This document shows positions 20,327 through 29,544 of a stretch of 64,000 nt of DNA, one piece after another. The stretch comes from a virus. Taxonomy: Duplodnaviria > Caudoviricetes. The first letter of the stretch is position 1. Every line of letters starts with the position of its first letter. A model generated the notes under the pieces. That model searched no databases. It was given only the letters and a program-made list of their open reading frames with translations, and had not been told where the DNA came from. Both the position numbers and the translations under genes were made by a program. The stretch lies in IMG/VR virus record IMGVR_UViG_3300011560_000001, positions 128,001 to 192,000 of that record. The stretch is one strand, 5' to 3'.

Positions 20327-22222
20327 ATGGGCTTAGACGTACGTAATAACGGTAACGATAATGTAGAAATTCGTGCAGCTGAAACCCGCACCGCACAACG
20401 TGCTGATGAGGCGCTGGAAACCGCTGCAGATTTTGCCGACCGTCCTAAAGTAACTCATACGATGCGTACGATCAACCGTACACTGAGCCGTCGTATCAGC
20501 CGTAATACCGGCTCCGAGCAGGTACTGAATCTCCGTCGTCTGATGGAGAAATATCTGGAAGATACCCAGTTCAAAGACGACTTCATCTTTGTTGCGGTTG
20601 ACCCGAACCAGTACAGCGTACCGTATCCGACCCTGGTTGTTATGAGCGGTGCAAAAGTAGGTGATCATAACCACTTCTTCGGTTACGTCCTGCCGCTGGT
20701 TGCTGGTCTGGCTCCGCTGCCGCGTCGTGAAGAACAAGGTCCGCATGGTAACATTCTGGTACCGCGTACCTGGGTTGATAACCTGAACGGTACGTTCATC
20801 AACGAAGTCATGGCGGCAATGTATTCAGCTATTGGTGGTAAGTCTAACGGTACTGTTCGTATCGCTGGTCTGGCTGTGGTGACCAATGAAATCACCGCTG
20901 AATCCGCGCATCTGGCAACCACCCTGCTGTCTGCTGCAGATAACGCAATCCAAACCGCGATCGAAATCCGTCTCGGTGATAAACTGGGTCTGCCGCAGTT
21001 CAACCTGGGCATGATGGCAAGCGATCAGCCAATCAGCAGCGTTCAGTACAACACCAGCGGTATGCAGGACAGCGATATTGTTGGTAACCCTGTGCGTTCT
21101 GACATCACTGTAACTATCTCTAACCGCATCCGTCAAGCGATGAGCGATTACGATAGTCAACAGCGTCTGGTCGCCACCACCGGTTACATTGACCTGACCT
21201 ACAGCCCGCAGAACCCGACCTTCAACCAAGGCCCTGTTCTGGTTAACGGCTATCCGGTACCGCCGACTGTACAATACCAGCCGCGTTACGTGATGACCAG
21301 CGCTTACCCGCTGGAGCTGGATGCGTTCACACCGAACAGCTTCGTGCTGGGTCTGATTGGTACCATCGCTACACTGAACAGCGGTATGGCGTGGGCACAG
21401 TCTTTAATCAGCAACGCTGCTCGTGGCATCGGTCCTCATAACCCGGGTGCTCTGGCGATGGTACTGGATCCGGAAGTTACCGCACCGCTGGATCTGTCTA
21501 CTCAAACCAACGAGCAGATTTACAAGTTCCTGCAACAGGTACTGTATCCGTCTCTGCTGATTTCTATCGATGTACCGGAAGAAGGTGAATATAGCTGGTT
21601 GCTGCGTATGATCCCTGCAGCTGAGAAGATCTTTACGGGCAACGTTGACGGTAAAGTTCAAGAAATCTCCGAAGGCTATAAAGCACTCTATCGTGCATTC
21701 GATGATACTACCCTGGGTTGCTTCAGCAAGAAATATCAATACGGCCAACCGTTAGTGTACGCTACCGGTAACCGTATCCCGCTGGGTCACTACAACCACC
21801 AGGATGGCCACCGTCACGATATTCGTGATATGGACGATCTGTACATGATGAACATCACTAACCCGGATACCGTAGAAGCTTGGGAAGACAGCTTCGACCG
21901 TACCGATATGTCGATGTCTCAGCGTGTTGTCGCTCGTCACGAAATCATCGATCGTGTTCTGTCTGGTAGCTGGGAACAAACCGGCTGGGCAATGCGTTAC
22001 GATTTCGAACCGAATGCGCTTGCGGCATTGATTGAAGCGGCTGCCGAAGCTGGCTTCACCATCCGTCCTGAGAACATCCAGCATCTGGCAGGTACCGCTG
22101 TTCGTGGTAACGCAGCAGCACGTGCTCGTGGTCTGGGTAACATCTCCGGCAACATCTATGCACGTAGCGATCGTCCGAATGTTGGCGGTAACAACATGGG
22201 TGGGGCATTCAACCTGTTCTAA
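20327..22222 (+). CDS. chmA: Chimallin, phage nuclear shell protein
   Basis: 631 aa. The N-terminus MGLDVRNNGNDNVEIRAAETRTAQRADEALE matches Goslar ChmA as recalled. Codon bias is strongly high-expression, and the gene lies directly upstream of nvRNAP beta'. Confidence 0.93.
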   Translation: MGLDVRNNGNDNVEIRAAETRTAQRADEALETAADFADRPKVTHTMRTINRTLSRRISRNTGSEQVLNLRRLMEKYLEDTQFKDDFIFVAVDPNQYSVPYPTLVVMSGAKVGDHNHFFGYVLPLVAGLAPLPRREEQGPHGNILVPRTWVDNLNGTFINEVMAAMYSAIGGKSNGTVRIAGLAVVTNEITAESAHLATTLLSAADNAIQTAIEIRLGDKLGLPQFNLGMMASDQPISSVQYNTSGMQDSDIVGNPVRSDITVTISNRIRQAMSDYDSQQRLVATTGYIDLTYSPQNPTFNQGPVLVNGYPVPPTVQYQPRYVMTSAYPLELDAFTPNSFVLGLIGTIATLNSGMAWAQSLISNAARGIGPHNPGALAMVLDPEVTAPLDLSTQTNEQIYKFLQQVLYPSLLISIDVPEEGEYSWLLRMIPAAEKIFTGNVDGKVQEISEGYKALYRAFDDTTLGCFSKKYQYGQPLVYATGNRIPLGHYNHQDGHRHDIRDMDDLYMMNITNPDTVEAWEDSFDRTDMSMSQRVVARHEIIDRVLSGSWEQTGWAMRYDFEPNALAALIEAAAEAGFTIRPENIQHLAGTAVRGNAAARARGLGNISGNIYARSDRPNVGGNNMGGAFNLF

Positions 22223-22225
22223 TGG

Positions 22226-22296
22226 AAGAACGTTCGATGTAATCTGACGGGAGGGAGGGCAACCTCCCTCCCTTATACGTCCTAACGTTCTTTTTC
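22226..22296 (+). terminator. Intrinsic terminator after chmA
   Basis: GGGAGGGAGG-GCAA-CCTCCCTCCC inside an outer AAGAACGTT/AACGTTCTT stem, followed by a T-run. Confidence 0.75.
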
Positions 22297-22314
22297 ATTT
22301 GTAGGAGATGTCCC

Positions 22315-24515
22315 ATGGCCATCATGCTCGATATCGTGAGTTTCGATAGACAGCTCGCAGAACTTCCCTTTACGCCGATTTTGTTGAACGATTACGATAC
22401 AAAAGTCGTCGAAGAGAAGAAGAAATTAAACAGTTTTATCACCCGTGTTTACTCCAGCGATACGTTGGATATCACGCCACAATGTGGGTGCGGTTTCTAC
22501 AATCGTGGTGAGCTGCTCGGCACGGTGTGTCCAAACTGTAAAACGGTTGTGACCTACCCAGCAGAACAGGAGATTCGTTCGACGGTCTGGGCGCGTGTTC
22601 CTGAAGGAATCGATGCGTTCATTAACCCGTTGGTCCATCTCGTGCTGGCAAGCGAGTTGAATATCAAAAGCTTCGAAACGATGACGTGGCTCATTGATGC
22701 CAGTTACCGTCCAAATGTAAAACGACCCATTGAACTCAAGAACTATCTGGAGCAGCAATTTGATGTATTCGGGATACGGCGTGGCGTAAATAGCTTTATA
22801 CAGAACTTCGATCGCATCATGGAGATCTTGTATAAAGGACCTACGTTACGTGGACCGAAGAACACAGAGAAAGTTGACACGCTACGAGAATTCATCCGTA
22901 TCCATCGTGATAAGTTCTTCAGTCAGTACATCAGCTTTCCTGCAGCCATGATGTTCGTTATCGAGAATACGCCAACCGGTCGTTATGCGGATAGCAAAAT
23001 GGAAGGTGCGATCGATGCTATCGGTACGTTGAATAGTATCTATCACCCAACAACACCTTTGAGCGCCAGAAAGAAAGAAAACTGGATGGCGAAAGTGCAA
23101 TTGAAGCTGCTGCAATACCACGCGGCGATTTTCGATGAGTTCATCGGTAAGAAGAAAGGTATTACACGTAAAAACATATTAGGTACATTACATCCATTCA
23201 CCACGCGTACCGTAATCAGTTCGATAACAGCGAACCATCGTTATTATCATCTGCATTTCCCATACGCACCATTTACTTTAACCAATAAAGAACATATCCA
23301 ATCCAAGTTATTCCATCGCGGTTATTCACCGAGAGCAGCACGTGCGTTCGTTGCGGAACATGTCCGTAATTATCATCCGATGATGAGCGAGCTGCACGAT
23401 GAGCTTATTGCTGATACACCGTTCGATGGGATTGTGTGTGGCTTTGTTCGAAACCCATCACTTGACCGAAGCAGTAACCAATGTCTTGAAATCACCAAGG
23501 TTAAACGCGATCCGCAGGATAACACCATCGGGTTAAGCGTGATGATCCTTAAGGGATACAACGCTTCAAATGAGGCCCTGCCTTCCGAAAGGAAGAGCTT
23601 GAATTCCGTGAATTGCTGAGACGGGCTAAAGCCACTCTGCCCTTGTGGGAGCCGATAAGGCGGAAATAAGTGAGTGGATGTTGGGAGGCTTCAACGACAG
23701 TCCTGAACCAGGATGCCACCCCAACGTACAATGTTCAATCAGCAGCCTAGCCGCCGATTATCGGTGGAAGGTTCAACGATCATGTCCCTCGAATTCGCTG
23801 AGGGTAGCGCGGAACACCCTTCGTGGGTGATGAGATGATCTCTCCGTCCTGGTAACACCAGGAGCTGCAGGTAATGCTGCGGGTATGGAGTAGCGAACCA
23901 TACTGAAGATACGTGGACTTTGACGGTGATGCCAGAGCCATGGCCTTATCTCCTGAAAAGGAGAATATGCATTCCGTGAATTGCTGGAATAGGCTAAAGC
24001 CGTTACGCCTCGTAAGAGGAACCGATAAGGTAGAAACAAGGTAACGGATGTACGCGGCTTCAATGAAAATCCCTTTAATGGGACGCCTACCGTACGTAAC
24101 AATGTCCAATCAGCAGCGAAGCTCCGTTTAGGAGAACGTTCAACGAGTAAGCGGTCTCAAGCGAGATCCAGCGCGGAAGTCCTACGTTCCATTTGGAATA
24201 TGGACATGATATACTCTCAACATCCTGGTAACACCAGGAGCTGCAGGTAATGCTGCGGATACGAAGTAGCGATTCGTATTGAAGATATTGATGAACAACC
24301 ATATCGTCCCAGACATTTGGACTGCGAAACATTTCGGGAGATTCCGACCCGAACTCGGTATGATGGATAATAACGTACCTTTTAAGGTATCTAAGAAATG
24401 TGAACATCAGTCACCGGTTATTTCTACCATTGACTGTTGGTTCAACGAATTCGTGGAGGGCGATGACGTAGAACCTTATCTTGACGAAATAGAAGCAACT
24501 AACAACCATTGCTAA
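22315..24515 (+). CDS. nvRNAP beta' N-terminal subunit (phiKZ gp55-56.1-like), spliced: join(22315..23565,23916..23933,24291..24515), 497 aa
   Basis: Zn-binding CGCG...CPNC, KKGITRKNILG and RNPSL. Exon 1 ends ...KGYNA, exon 2 is DFDGDA and exon 3 begins MNNHIVP. Together they rebuild the universal NADFDGDxMxxH active site. Confidence 0.9.
23566..23915 (+). mobile_element. Group I intron 1 (350 nt, no homing endonuclease ORF)
   Basis: The exon ends in U with P1 GCU/GGC giving a U-G wobble. P element GAATTGCTG, Q AATCAGCAG, R GTTCAACGATCA, S GATGATCT; P3 TTCCGTG/CGCGGAA; terminal G. Confidence 0.88.
23934..24290 (+). mobile_element. Group I intron 2 (357 nt, no homing endonuclease ORF)
   Basis: Has the same P/Q/R/S elements (GAATTGCTGGA, AATCAGCAG, GTTCAACGAGTA, GATATACTCT), P3 TTCCGTG/CGCGGAA and a terminal G before ATG AAC. 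The 5' boundary was inferred by alignment to intron 1. Confidence 0.85.
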
Positions 24516-24530
24516 AGGAGGACGCCTGTA

Positions 24531-25169
24531 ATGGCGCAAATATTTACAGGTGGACGAGACAGTTATCGTGCACTGAGGTTCGGAGAAATGTCCTCCGGTC
24601 TCGATAAAAGCTTCATGGAGTATGGTCACAAGTTGATGAATAGCCTCGGCGGCGCGAGCGAACACGTAAAGCATTTTTACGCTGAATCGTTAGCAACGTT
24701 CGATGCATTCAATCAGATAAACTATGCTGAACTCCGTAAGACTTTGCTGAGACAATCGGAGAACATCTTCCATGACGATGTGGTTATGCCATGTAACACC
24801 GTGGAAGACTTCCGTGCTGCAAACGGCATATCTCGACAACTGATCATGGCGTGCCCTGAATTACGTACGAAGGCCCAGCGTCAGCAGATCGAGGGGTATG
24901 CTGAGTGTTACACCGATCCGTTCAGTACATTCAGTAATGAACTGCATCCGGACTACATGCGTGTAACAGACGGTGTGTTGATGACCGATCCTAAAACAGA
25001 TGAAACGTGGAGTATTTCCTACGAGTTTGACGATCATGAACTCGACCTACCAGAACTGAGTATCGATGATAAAGCAATCACATTAACCAACTGGGACATG
25101 GCGCGTATTCTACTGCAAGTTCCTGATGGCGAAGACTTCACCAACATCGCCGGTGGTAAATTAGGTTAA
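24531..25169 (+). CDS. Conserved chimallivirus protein (phiKZ gp59-like)
   Basis: 212 aa with AAGGAGG RBS; contains IMACPELR, EGY and DYMRVTDG; assignment supported by synteny. Confidence 0.65.
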   Translation: MAQIFTGGRDSYRALRFGEMSSGLDKSFMEYGHKLMNSLGGASEHVKHFYAESLATFDAFNQINYAELRKTLLRQSENIFHDDVVMPCNTVEDFRAANGISRQLIMACPELRTKAQRQQIEGYAECYTDPFSTFSNELHPDYMRVTDGVLMTDPKTDETWSISYEFDDHELDLPELSIDDKAITLTNWDMARILLQVPDGEDFTNIAGGKLG

Positions 25170-25184
25170 TCCATTTAATGGCTA

Positions 25185-25218
25185 CCCTCCCTGCATAAGG
25201 CGGGGAGGGTCTATGCCG
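25185..25218 (+). terminator. Hairpin + TATGCCG
   Basis: CCCTCCCTGC-ATAAG-GCGGGGAGGG-TCTATGCCG. Confidence 0.65.
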
Positions 25219-25250
25219 CACGCAATCTTAAATTGAAAACGAGGACAATC

Positions 25251-26048
25251 ATGGGTGTAAAACGCACTTCTCCGGGTTATCGTCGCATTGCGAGCTTAGC
25301 AACCCAAGAGGATATTATTTACCGTATCGAACACGATAAGTTAGAATTTACCATGAACGACGCAGCCAATATCTGCGGGCGTTTAAACATTGAACGAGAT
25401 AGCAGTAATGCGATGTATGTTGCCGCATTGTACTTTAATGGGCAGCTGATCGAAACGAGTTTCAGTGTTGATCGCTTTGAGGATACCAGTAGTAGCGCGA
25501 AATCACTGATGACAAACATGTTCATCCGTACGTATTTACGTACGCGTATCTCACGTTACGTTGGAAACGGTTTATCGGAAACAGAAGAGCATGGCTTACG
25601 TCGCGGACTTTATAAATTGCTTTTAGAACTGCTGCCTACGCGGTATGGTATCACGGTTCCTGATGTGGATGATGCGTACTGGCGTGATACATTGGATTGG
25701 ATGTTGTATCAGATTTCCGAGACGACCTCCGACCTTCGTTATACCCGAAGCCTAAAAGGAGGGAGCTATGCGGTATATCGTAGCCTTCGCTATAATGAAC
25801 AGCAGCATAAAGCGATGATAATTACCCGTCTCGTCTTCACGGTGAAAAGCGGGTTAGGGGACACCGCTAACATAGAACCTTTCTCCGAGAAAAGCCAGTA
25901 TACGACTCACCTCATCGAACCCGTCGATTGTGTTACTGACGATCATACGCTCGATCGCTATGCACGACAGATCTGGCAGACGCTGACGTTACCGCATATG
26001 GACATCGGTCTTCAGTCGTATACGCATCGTGATAGGAGAACACGTTAA
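25251..26048 (+). CDS. Hypothetical protein
   Basis: GAGGA RBS before ATG 25251; 265 aa. Confidence 0.7.
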   Translation: MGVKRTSPGYRRIASLATQEDIIYRIEHDKLEFTMNDAANICGRLNIERDSSNAMYVAALYFNGQLIETSFSVDRFEDTSSSAKSLMTNMFIRTYLRTRISRYVGNGLSETEEHGLRRGLYKLLLELLPTRYGITVPDVDDAYWRDTLDWMLYQISETTSDLRYTRSLKGGSYAVYRSLRYNEQQHKAMIITRLVFTVKSGLGDTANIEPFSEKSQYTTHLIEPVDCVTDDHTLDRYARQIWQTLTLPHMDIGLQSYTHRDRRTR

Positions 26049-26057
26049 TCCAACATT

Positions 26058-26082
26058 TTTCACGGCTATATTACCTAGGTGA
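26058..26082 (+). promoter_or_regulatory. Early promoter (TATATTAC motif)
   Basis: TTTCACGGCTATATTACCTAGGTGA, near-identical to the chmA promoter. Confidence 0.75.
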
Positions 26083-26167
26083 TGTACAACATCAATCGAC
26101 TGTATAAGGCATATCACATTGTCCTTATATTGGAAATCAAATCCTAACAAAATCCGAGGATAGTAAA

Positions 26168-26632
26168 ATGACTTTAGCACAAGAAACCCAAATTCTGTTT
26201 ATCCTGTCTCTCATCCTGGGCGCAGGTCTTATCATTTATTTAGCAGTAGCGGGTATGCGGTTACGTGAAGATGATAAACTCTATCAGATGACCGCCAACT
26301 GGTTATTACGTCGTATCAACAAAGACTACGACAGCAGCTACCGTGAATTACTCGACAATCTGTCCAAAGATTGGACTCGCGCTTACGCTTACCCTGTTCG
26401 CCGTATGGCACAGCTGAGCAAGAAGTGGTTCAAAGCCAATCCGCGCACGACAATCAAACTCAACGGTGTGGAACAAGCAAAGGTAATGACTTGGTTACTT
26501 AACTTCGAACAGTATCCTGAAAATTGGAAAGTAGCTAAGATTCGTACAACCCGTTCCCTGGATGAAGTTATTCGTTTGGCGGCAGAGTTGCGCGGTCGTA
26601 ATGTTAACGACGTTATCGCAGCATTGGTTTAA
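26168..26632 (+). CDS. Membrane-anchored early protein
   Basis: N-terminal TM helix ILFILSLILGAGLIIYLAVAGM; has its own promoter and terminator. Confidence 0.75.
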   Translation: MTLAQETQILFILSLILGAGLIIYLAVAGMRLREDDKLYQMTANWLLRRINKDYDSSYRELLDNLSKDWTRAYAYPVRRMAQLSKKWFKANPRTTIKLNGVEQAKVMTWLLNFEQYPENWKVAKIRTTRSLDEVIRLAAELRGRNVNDVIAALV

Positions 26633-26641
26633 ATACATCTG

Positions 26642-26693
26642 TGGTCTCTCCCTACCTTCGGGTGGGGAGGGACTACCCATTCTTTTTATTTTT
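26642..26693 (+). terminator. Intrinsic terminator
   Basis: CTCCCTACC-TTCG-GGTGGGGAG followed by a T-rich tract. Confidence 0.75.
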
Positions 26694-26749
26694 GTAACTT
26701 TCTACGAATTTCCACCACTCTATGAAATGAAAAGCTTGGGGAGAACAGA

Positions 26750-27199
26750 ATGATTCATTTTGATGGTAATAGCAGCCAGCATTTTTCCTTTGAGGTCGAA
26801 CGCACAAACAATACCTTGGTCGGACGTTTCGGTGATGGTAACACGCCCTTGTTTACCTACACGTACATGCTCAATAATGAACAACCGATGCGAATTAACG
26901 CAACCAACTTCATGGCGGCGTTATGGGTGGTCTACGGACTTAAAGTTGCCAACAGTAAATCGTACGCTTACAATAACTTTTTTCATGCTTGGTGGCAGCT
27001 TGAGTGTTATAATCGATTAAAGATTCCCACACCTAAACATCCGGTGGAGTTGTCCGATATTGTTTATTTGGACTGTGGGTATATCGATATGCATACGCGA
27101 ACATTTTACGCACCACGCACCAATGTATCCACGCCTGTCGAACTGAAGTTAGGGCATATGCCTAACTACGATAGATTGGTTGGAATGAATTACGCTTAA
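26750..27199 (+). CDS. Hypothetical protein
   Basis: 149 aa with GGGAG RBS. Confidence 0.68.
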   Translation: MIHFDGNSSQHFSFEVERTNNTLVGRFGDGNTPLFTYTYMLNNEQPMRINATNFMAALWVVYGLKVANSKSYAYNNFFHAWWQLECYNRLKIPTPKHPVELSDIVYLDCGYIDMHTRTFYAPRTNVSTPVELKLGHMPNYDRLVGMNYA

Positions 27200-27212
27200 A
27201 GAGGAGTTCCTC

Positions 27213-27620
27213 ATGGCATCGAATCCGTTACCTGGACTGTCGAGCTTTTTAACCGCGTCAGGAAAAAAGCTGGATGGGTTAATGACCAATTTCGCAATAT
27301 CGAATTATTCCCAGTCGTATTGCTATCAAGGTTCCATCGTTTCACTACCGTACCTCATTGCAACATCGCAGTATAGCGCACCCAAATTGGAAGATGCGAC
27401 ATACCGGATGTTGTATGATTATTTAATGCGTTATTACGATCGTGTGGAATTGAAAGTCCGTGTCAAGTATATCGATCCGACGACGGAACGTGTCGATCTC
27501 CAGATTGGCGGGATTGTCACAGAGAAAGGTATATCGTACGATTTGGGCGGTGTTCTGCGATCCGAGCGTGGTAATTTTGTCAAGTGGCAGGAGGAAGTAA
27601 ATGAAGGCGCACCAAACTAA
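27213..27620 (+). CDS. Conserved chimallivirus protein
   Basis: 135 aa with GAGGAG RBS; contains SNYSQSY...SLPYLIA; lies in the core block before sbcD. Confidence 0.65.
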   Translation: MASNPLPGLSSFLTASGKKLDGLMTNFAISNYSQSYCYQGSIVSLPYLIATSQYSAPKLEDATYRMLYDYLMRYYDRVELKVRVKYIDPTTERVDLQIGGIVTEKGISYDLGGVLRSERGNFVKWQEEVNEGAPN

Positions 27621-28383
27621 CAGTAACGTTAGCGAAGGAACGGATTTATTGGGGTATCCGGCCGGGGTAGTGGTTGTAAATGAAGAAGAACGTATTCGTC
27701 GCGCTCAGGATCCGTCCATCCCGAAAACACGACCGGACATGTGGCAGGAGCTGGTAGACAACAGCGAGCTTCTACGAAAAGGTTTACAGGAGATGACGCG
27801 CCCCAACATCCTGCCTGAATCGCTGTTTGTTAAACATTTCTTGTATCCGTTCGCAGGAATGTTTTCTCAGGATCCTGAATACGCGGAGATGCTGAGTAAC
27901 AGTACCATTGTTCACGATTGGTGTAAGATAGCAGGTCAGCCACATCGTGCCGTTAATATTGTCGCTGACGGGAATAACAACAAGGTTCTGTTTACGGTAC
28001 CGGCTATCTTTATCAGGACGCGTTCATACATCAATCGTGACCCCAACACGTGTTTCCTCGCGATGGTGGATAAAGCACGTCGACAGTATAACTTCAATCC
28101 TGAAAGCGCAAAAGCGTATGTTGACCATCAGCTTGATCGCTTTGCCCCGAATGAAAGCAAAGACCATGTTGTTGCTGATTACGTGCAATGGCTTCGGATT
28201 TTTGACCATTACAACGTACCTCTTTACGATGTTCGTGATGGTTCGCGTCGTACGGTAAAAGAGCGCGGGTTATTAAATGGATTGAATCTAGCCAGAACAT
28301 CCGCAACAACAGCGTCGGCGAGCAGTAGAAACATGTCGTCTACGACGGGGACTATTAGCAGCAGCGATTTAGAGGAATTCTGA
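27601..28383 (+). CDS. Conserved chimallivirus protein
   Basis: 260 aa; contains LPESLFVKHFLYPF, WCKIAG and LFTVPA. Confidence 0.68.
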   Translation: MKAHQTNSNVSEGTDLLGYPAGVVVVNEEERIRRAQDPSIPKTRPDMWQELVDNSELLRKGLQEMTRPNILPESLFVKHFLYPFAGMFSQDPEYAEMLSNSTIVHDWCKIAGQPHRAVNIVADGNNNKVLFTVPAIFIRTRSYINRDPNTCFLAMVDKARRQYNFNPESAKAYVDHQLDRFAPNESKDHVVADYVQWLRIFDHYNVPLYDVRDGSRRTVKERGLLNGLNLARTSATTASASSRNMSSTTGTISSSDLEEF

Positions 28384-29525
28384 TGCGAGACTTCAGTCGA
28401 AATAAAACGCCTGGGGTATTACGTGGAATCAATTTGTCGGATATTCACTTTATCCATCGTCAAACACCGACAGTGAATCTGATTAGCCAGCTACGTTATT
28501 ACATTACAAAAGAAGATCCTGCGCTGCTTGATGTGATTACGTTCAGTGGTGATGTCTTCGATCGTATCACGACGTTTGTGACGAGTGACGTGGTTGCTGT
28601 TCGTGCCTGGGGTACCTGGTTATTACGGTATGCAAGAAAACACGATATTACGTTGATCTTTCTTGAGGGTACCAACTTACACGACCAGAAGCAAAGTCAG
28701 TGGTTCGTTGAACAGAACGAGGTCATGGAGATAGGAGCGAAAGTTCGTTATTACGATGACCTCTGCATGGTTGATGAAGACTTTGGTTTAAAAGTACTTT
28801 ATCTTCCAGATAACTACAGCCACGACCCGGATGTGACGTTGTCGGCTGTGAACCGACTTATTGATGAGAAGGGATCGCCGGACTTCATTCTGATGCACGG
28901 TGCGTTTGAATATCAGCTTCCACCAGAAGCGTTAAAAGCGACATGTGTTCATAGCAGCGATGCGTATAACGCAATGGTGGAGAAGACCCAGGGATGGATC
29001 GTGAGCGGACATATTCACTTACAATCCCAGAAAGGACGTATCATGGTTGGTGGTTCGTTCGGTCGCTTGTCGCATGGCGAAGAAGGTCCAAAGGGGTACC
29101 TCCGTTATACGTTAACAGAATCGTTTAACGACCAATGGGAATTTGTTGAGAACAAGAAAGCAGATGTCTACAAGACGATAAAACTGCACGGTCTTGTTGG
29201 AGATGAAATCATTCGTGTGTTGGAACGGGAATTGGCTCCATTGAAGAAGGGTGATCACATCCGAATACGTTGTGATAAGGAAGACGACGCAGCGAAAACG
29301 TTTCGTTCTATTCCTTCTTTGTATCCAGGTTTTATCTGGACAATTAAAACGGACGCCAAGAACAACCAGTCGTTATTAAAGAACAGTTTTGTCAATAACG
29401 TTATCGAGAAAGGTGGGGACTTGACAAAGGACAACGTTAAGCGTTTGTTGGTCGAACGCATCCGTAATAAATACCCGAACGTTGATGCCTTAAAGGTTTC
29501 TGCTTGGCTTGATACGTTGCCATGA
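28383..29525 (+). CDS. sbcD: SbcD/Mre11-like nuclease
   Basis: Metallophosphoesterase motifs SDIH, GDVFD, EGTNLHD, MHG and GHIH, plus GSFGRL...GEE-PKG. Confidence 0.88.
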   Translation: MRDFSRNKTPGVLRGINLSDIHFIHRQTPTVNLISQLRYYITKEDPALLDVITFSGDVFDRITTFVTSDVVAVRAWGTWLLRYARKHDITLIFLEGTNLHDQKQSQWFVEQNEVMEIGAKVRYYDDLCMVDEDFGLKVLYLPDNYSHDPDVTLSAVNRLIDEKGSPDFILMHGAFEYQLPPEALKATCVHSSDAYNAMVEKTQGWIVSGHIHLQSQKGRIMVGGSFGRLSHGEEGPKGYLRYTLTESFNDQWEFVENKKADVYKTIKLHGLVGDEIIRVLERELAPLKKGDHIRIRCDKEDDAAKTFRSIPSLYPGFIWTIKTDAKNNQSLLKNSFVNNVIEKGGDLTKDNVKRLLVERIRNKYPNVDALKVSAWLDTLP

Positions 29526-29544
29526 TAAGAAGGAGTTGTGGGGT

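Noticed and set aside
20333-22084. Multiple antisense ORFs within chmA and other long genes
   Set aside because: These are shadow ORFs produced by codon bias of the sense gene, with no RBS or motif support.
23566-23619. C-terminal 17 aa (SNEALPSERKSLNSVNC) of track ORF 22315..23619, or a pseudogene call for this gene
   Set aside because: This is read-through into intron 1. The catalytic motif and C-terminus are intact downstream and rejoin in frame.
23847-24258. 36-nt partially palindromic direct repeat resembling a CRISPR repeat
   Set aside because: There are only two copies, 340 nt apart. They are explained as the P9-region of the two homologous introns, and no cas genes are present.
23549-24407. 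Short ORFs on both strands within the introns (two share RSITCSSWCYQD)
   Set aside because: The shared peptide merely reflects the identical 36-nt RNA block. There are no HNH, GIY-YIG or LAGLIDADG motifs.
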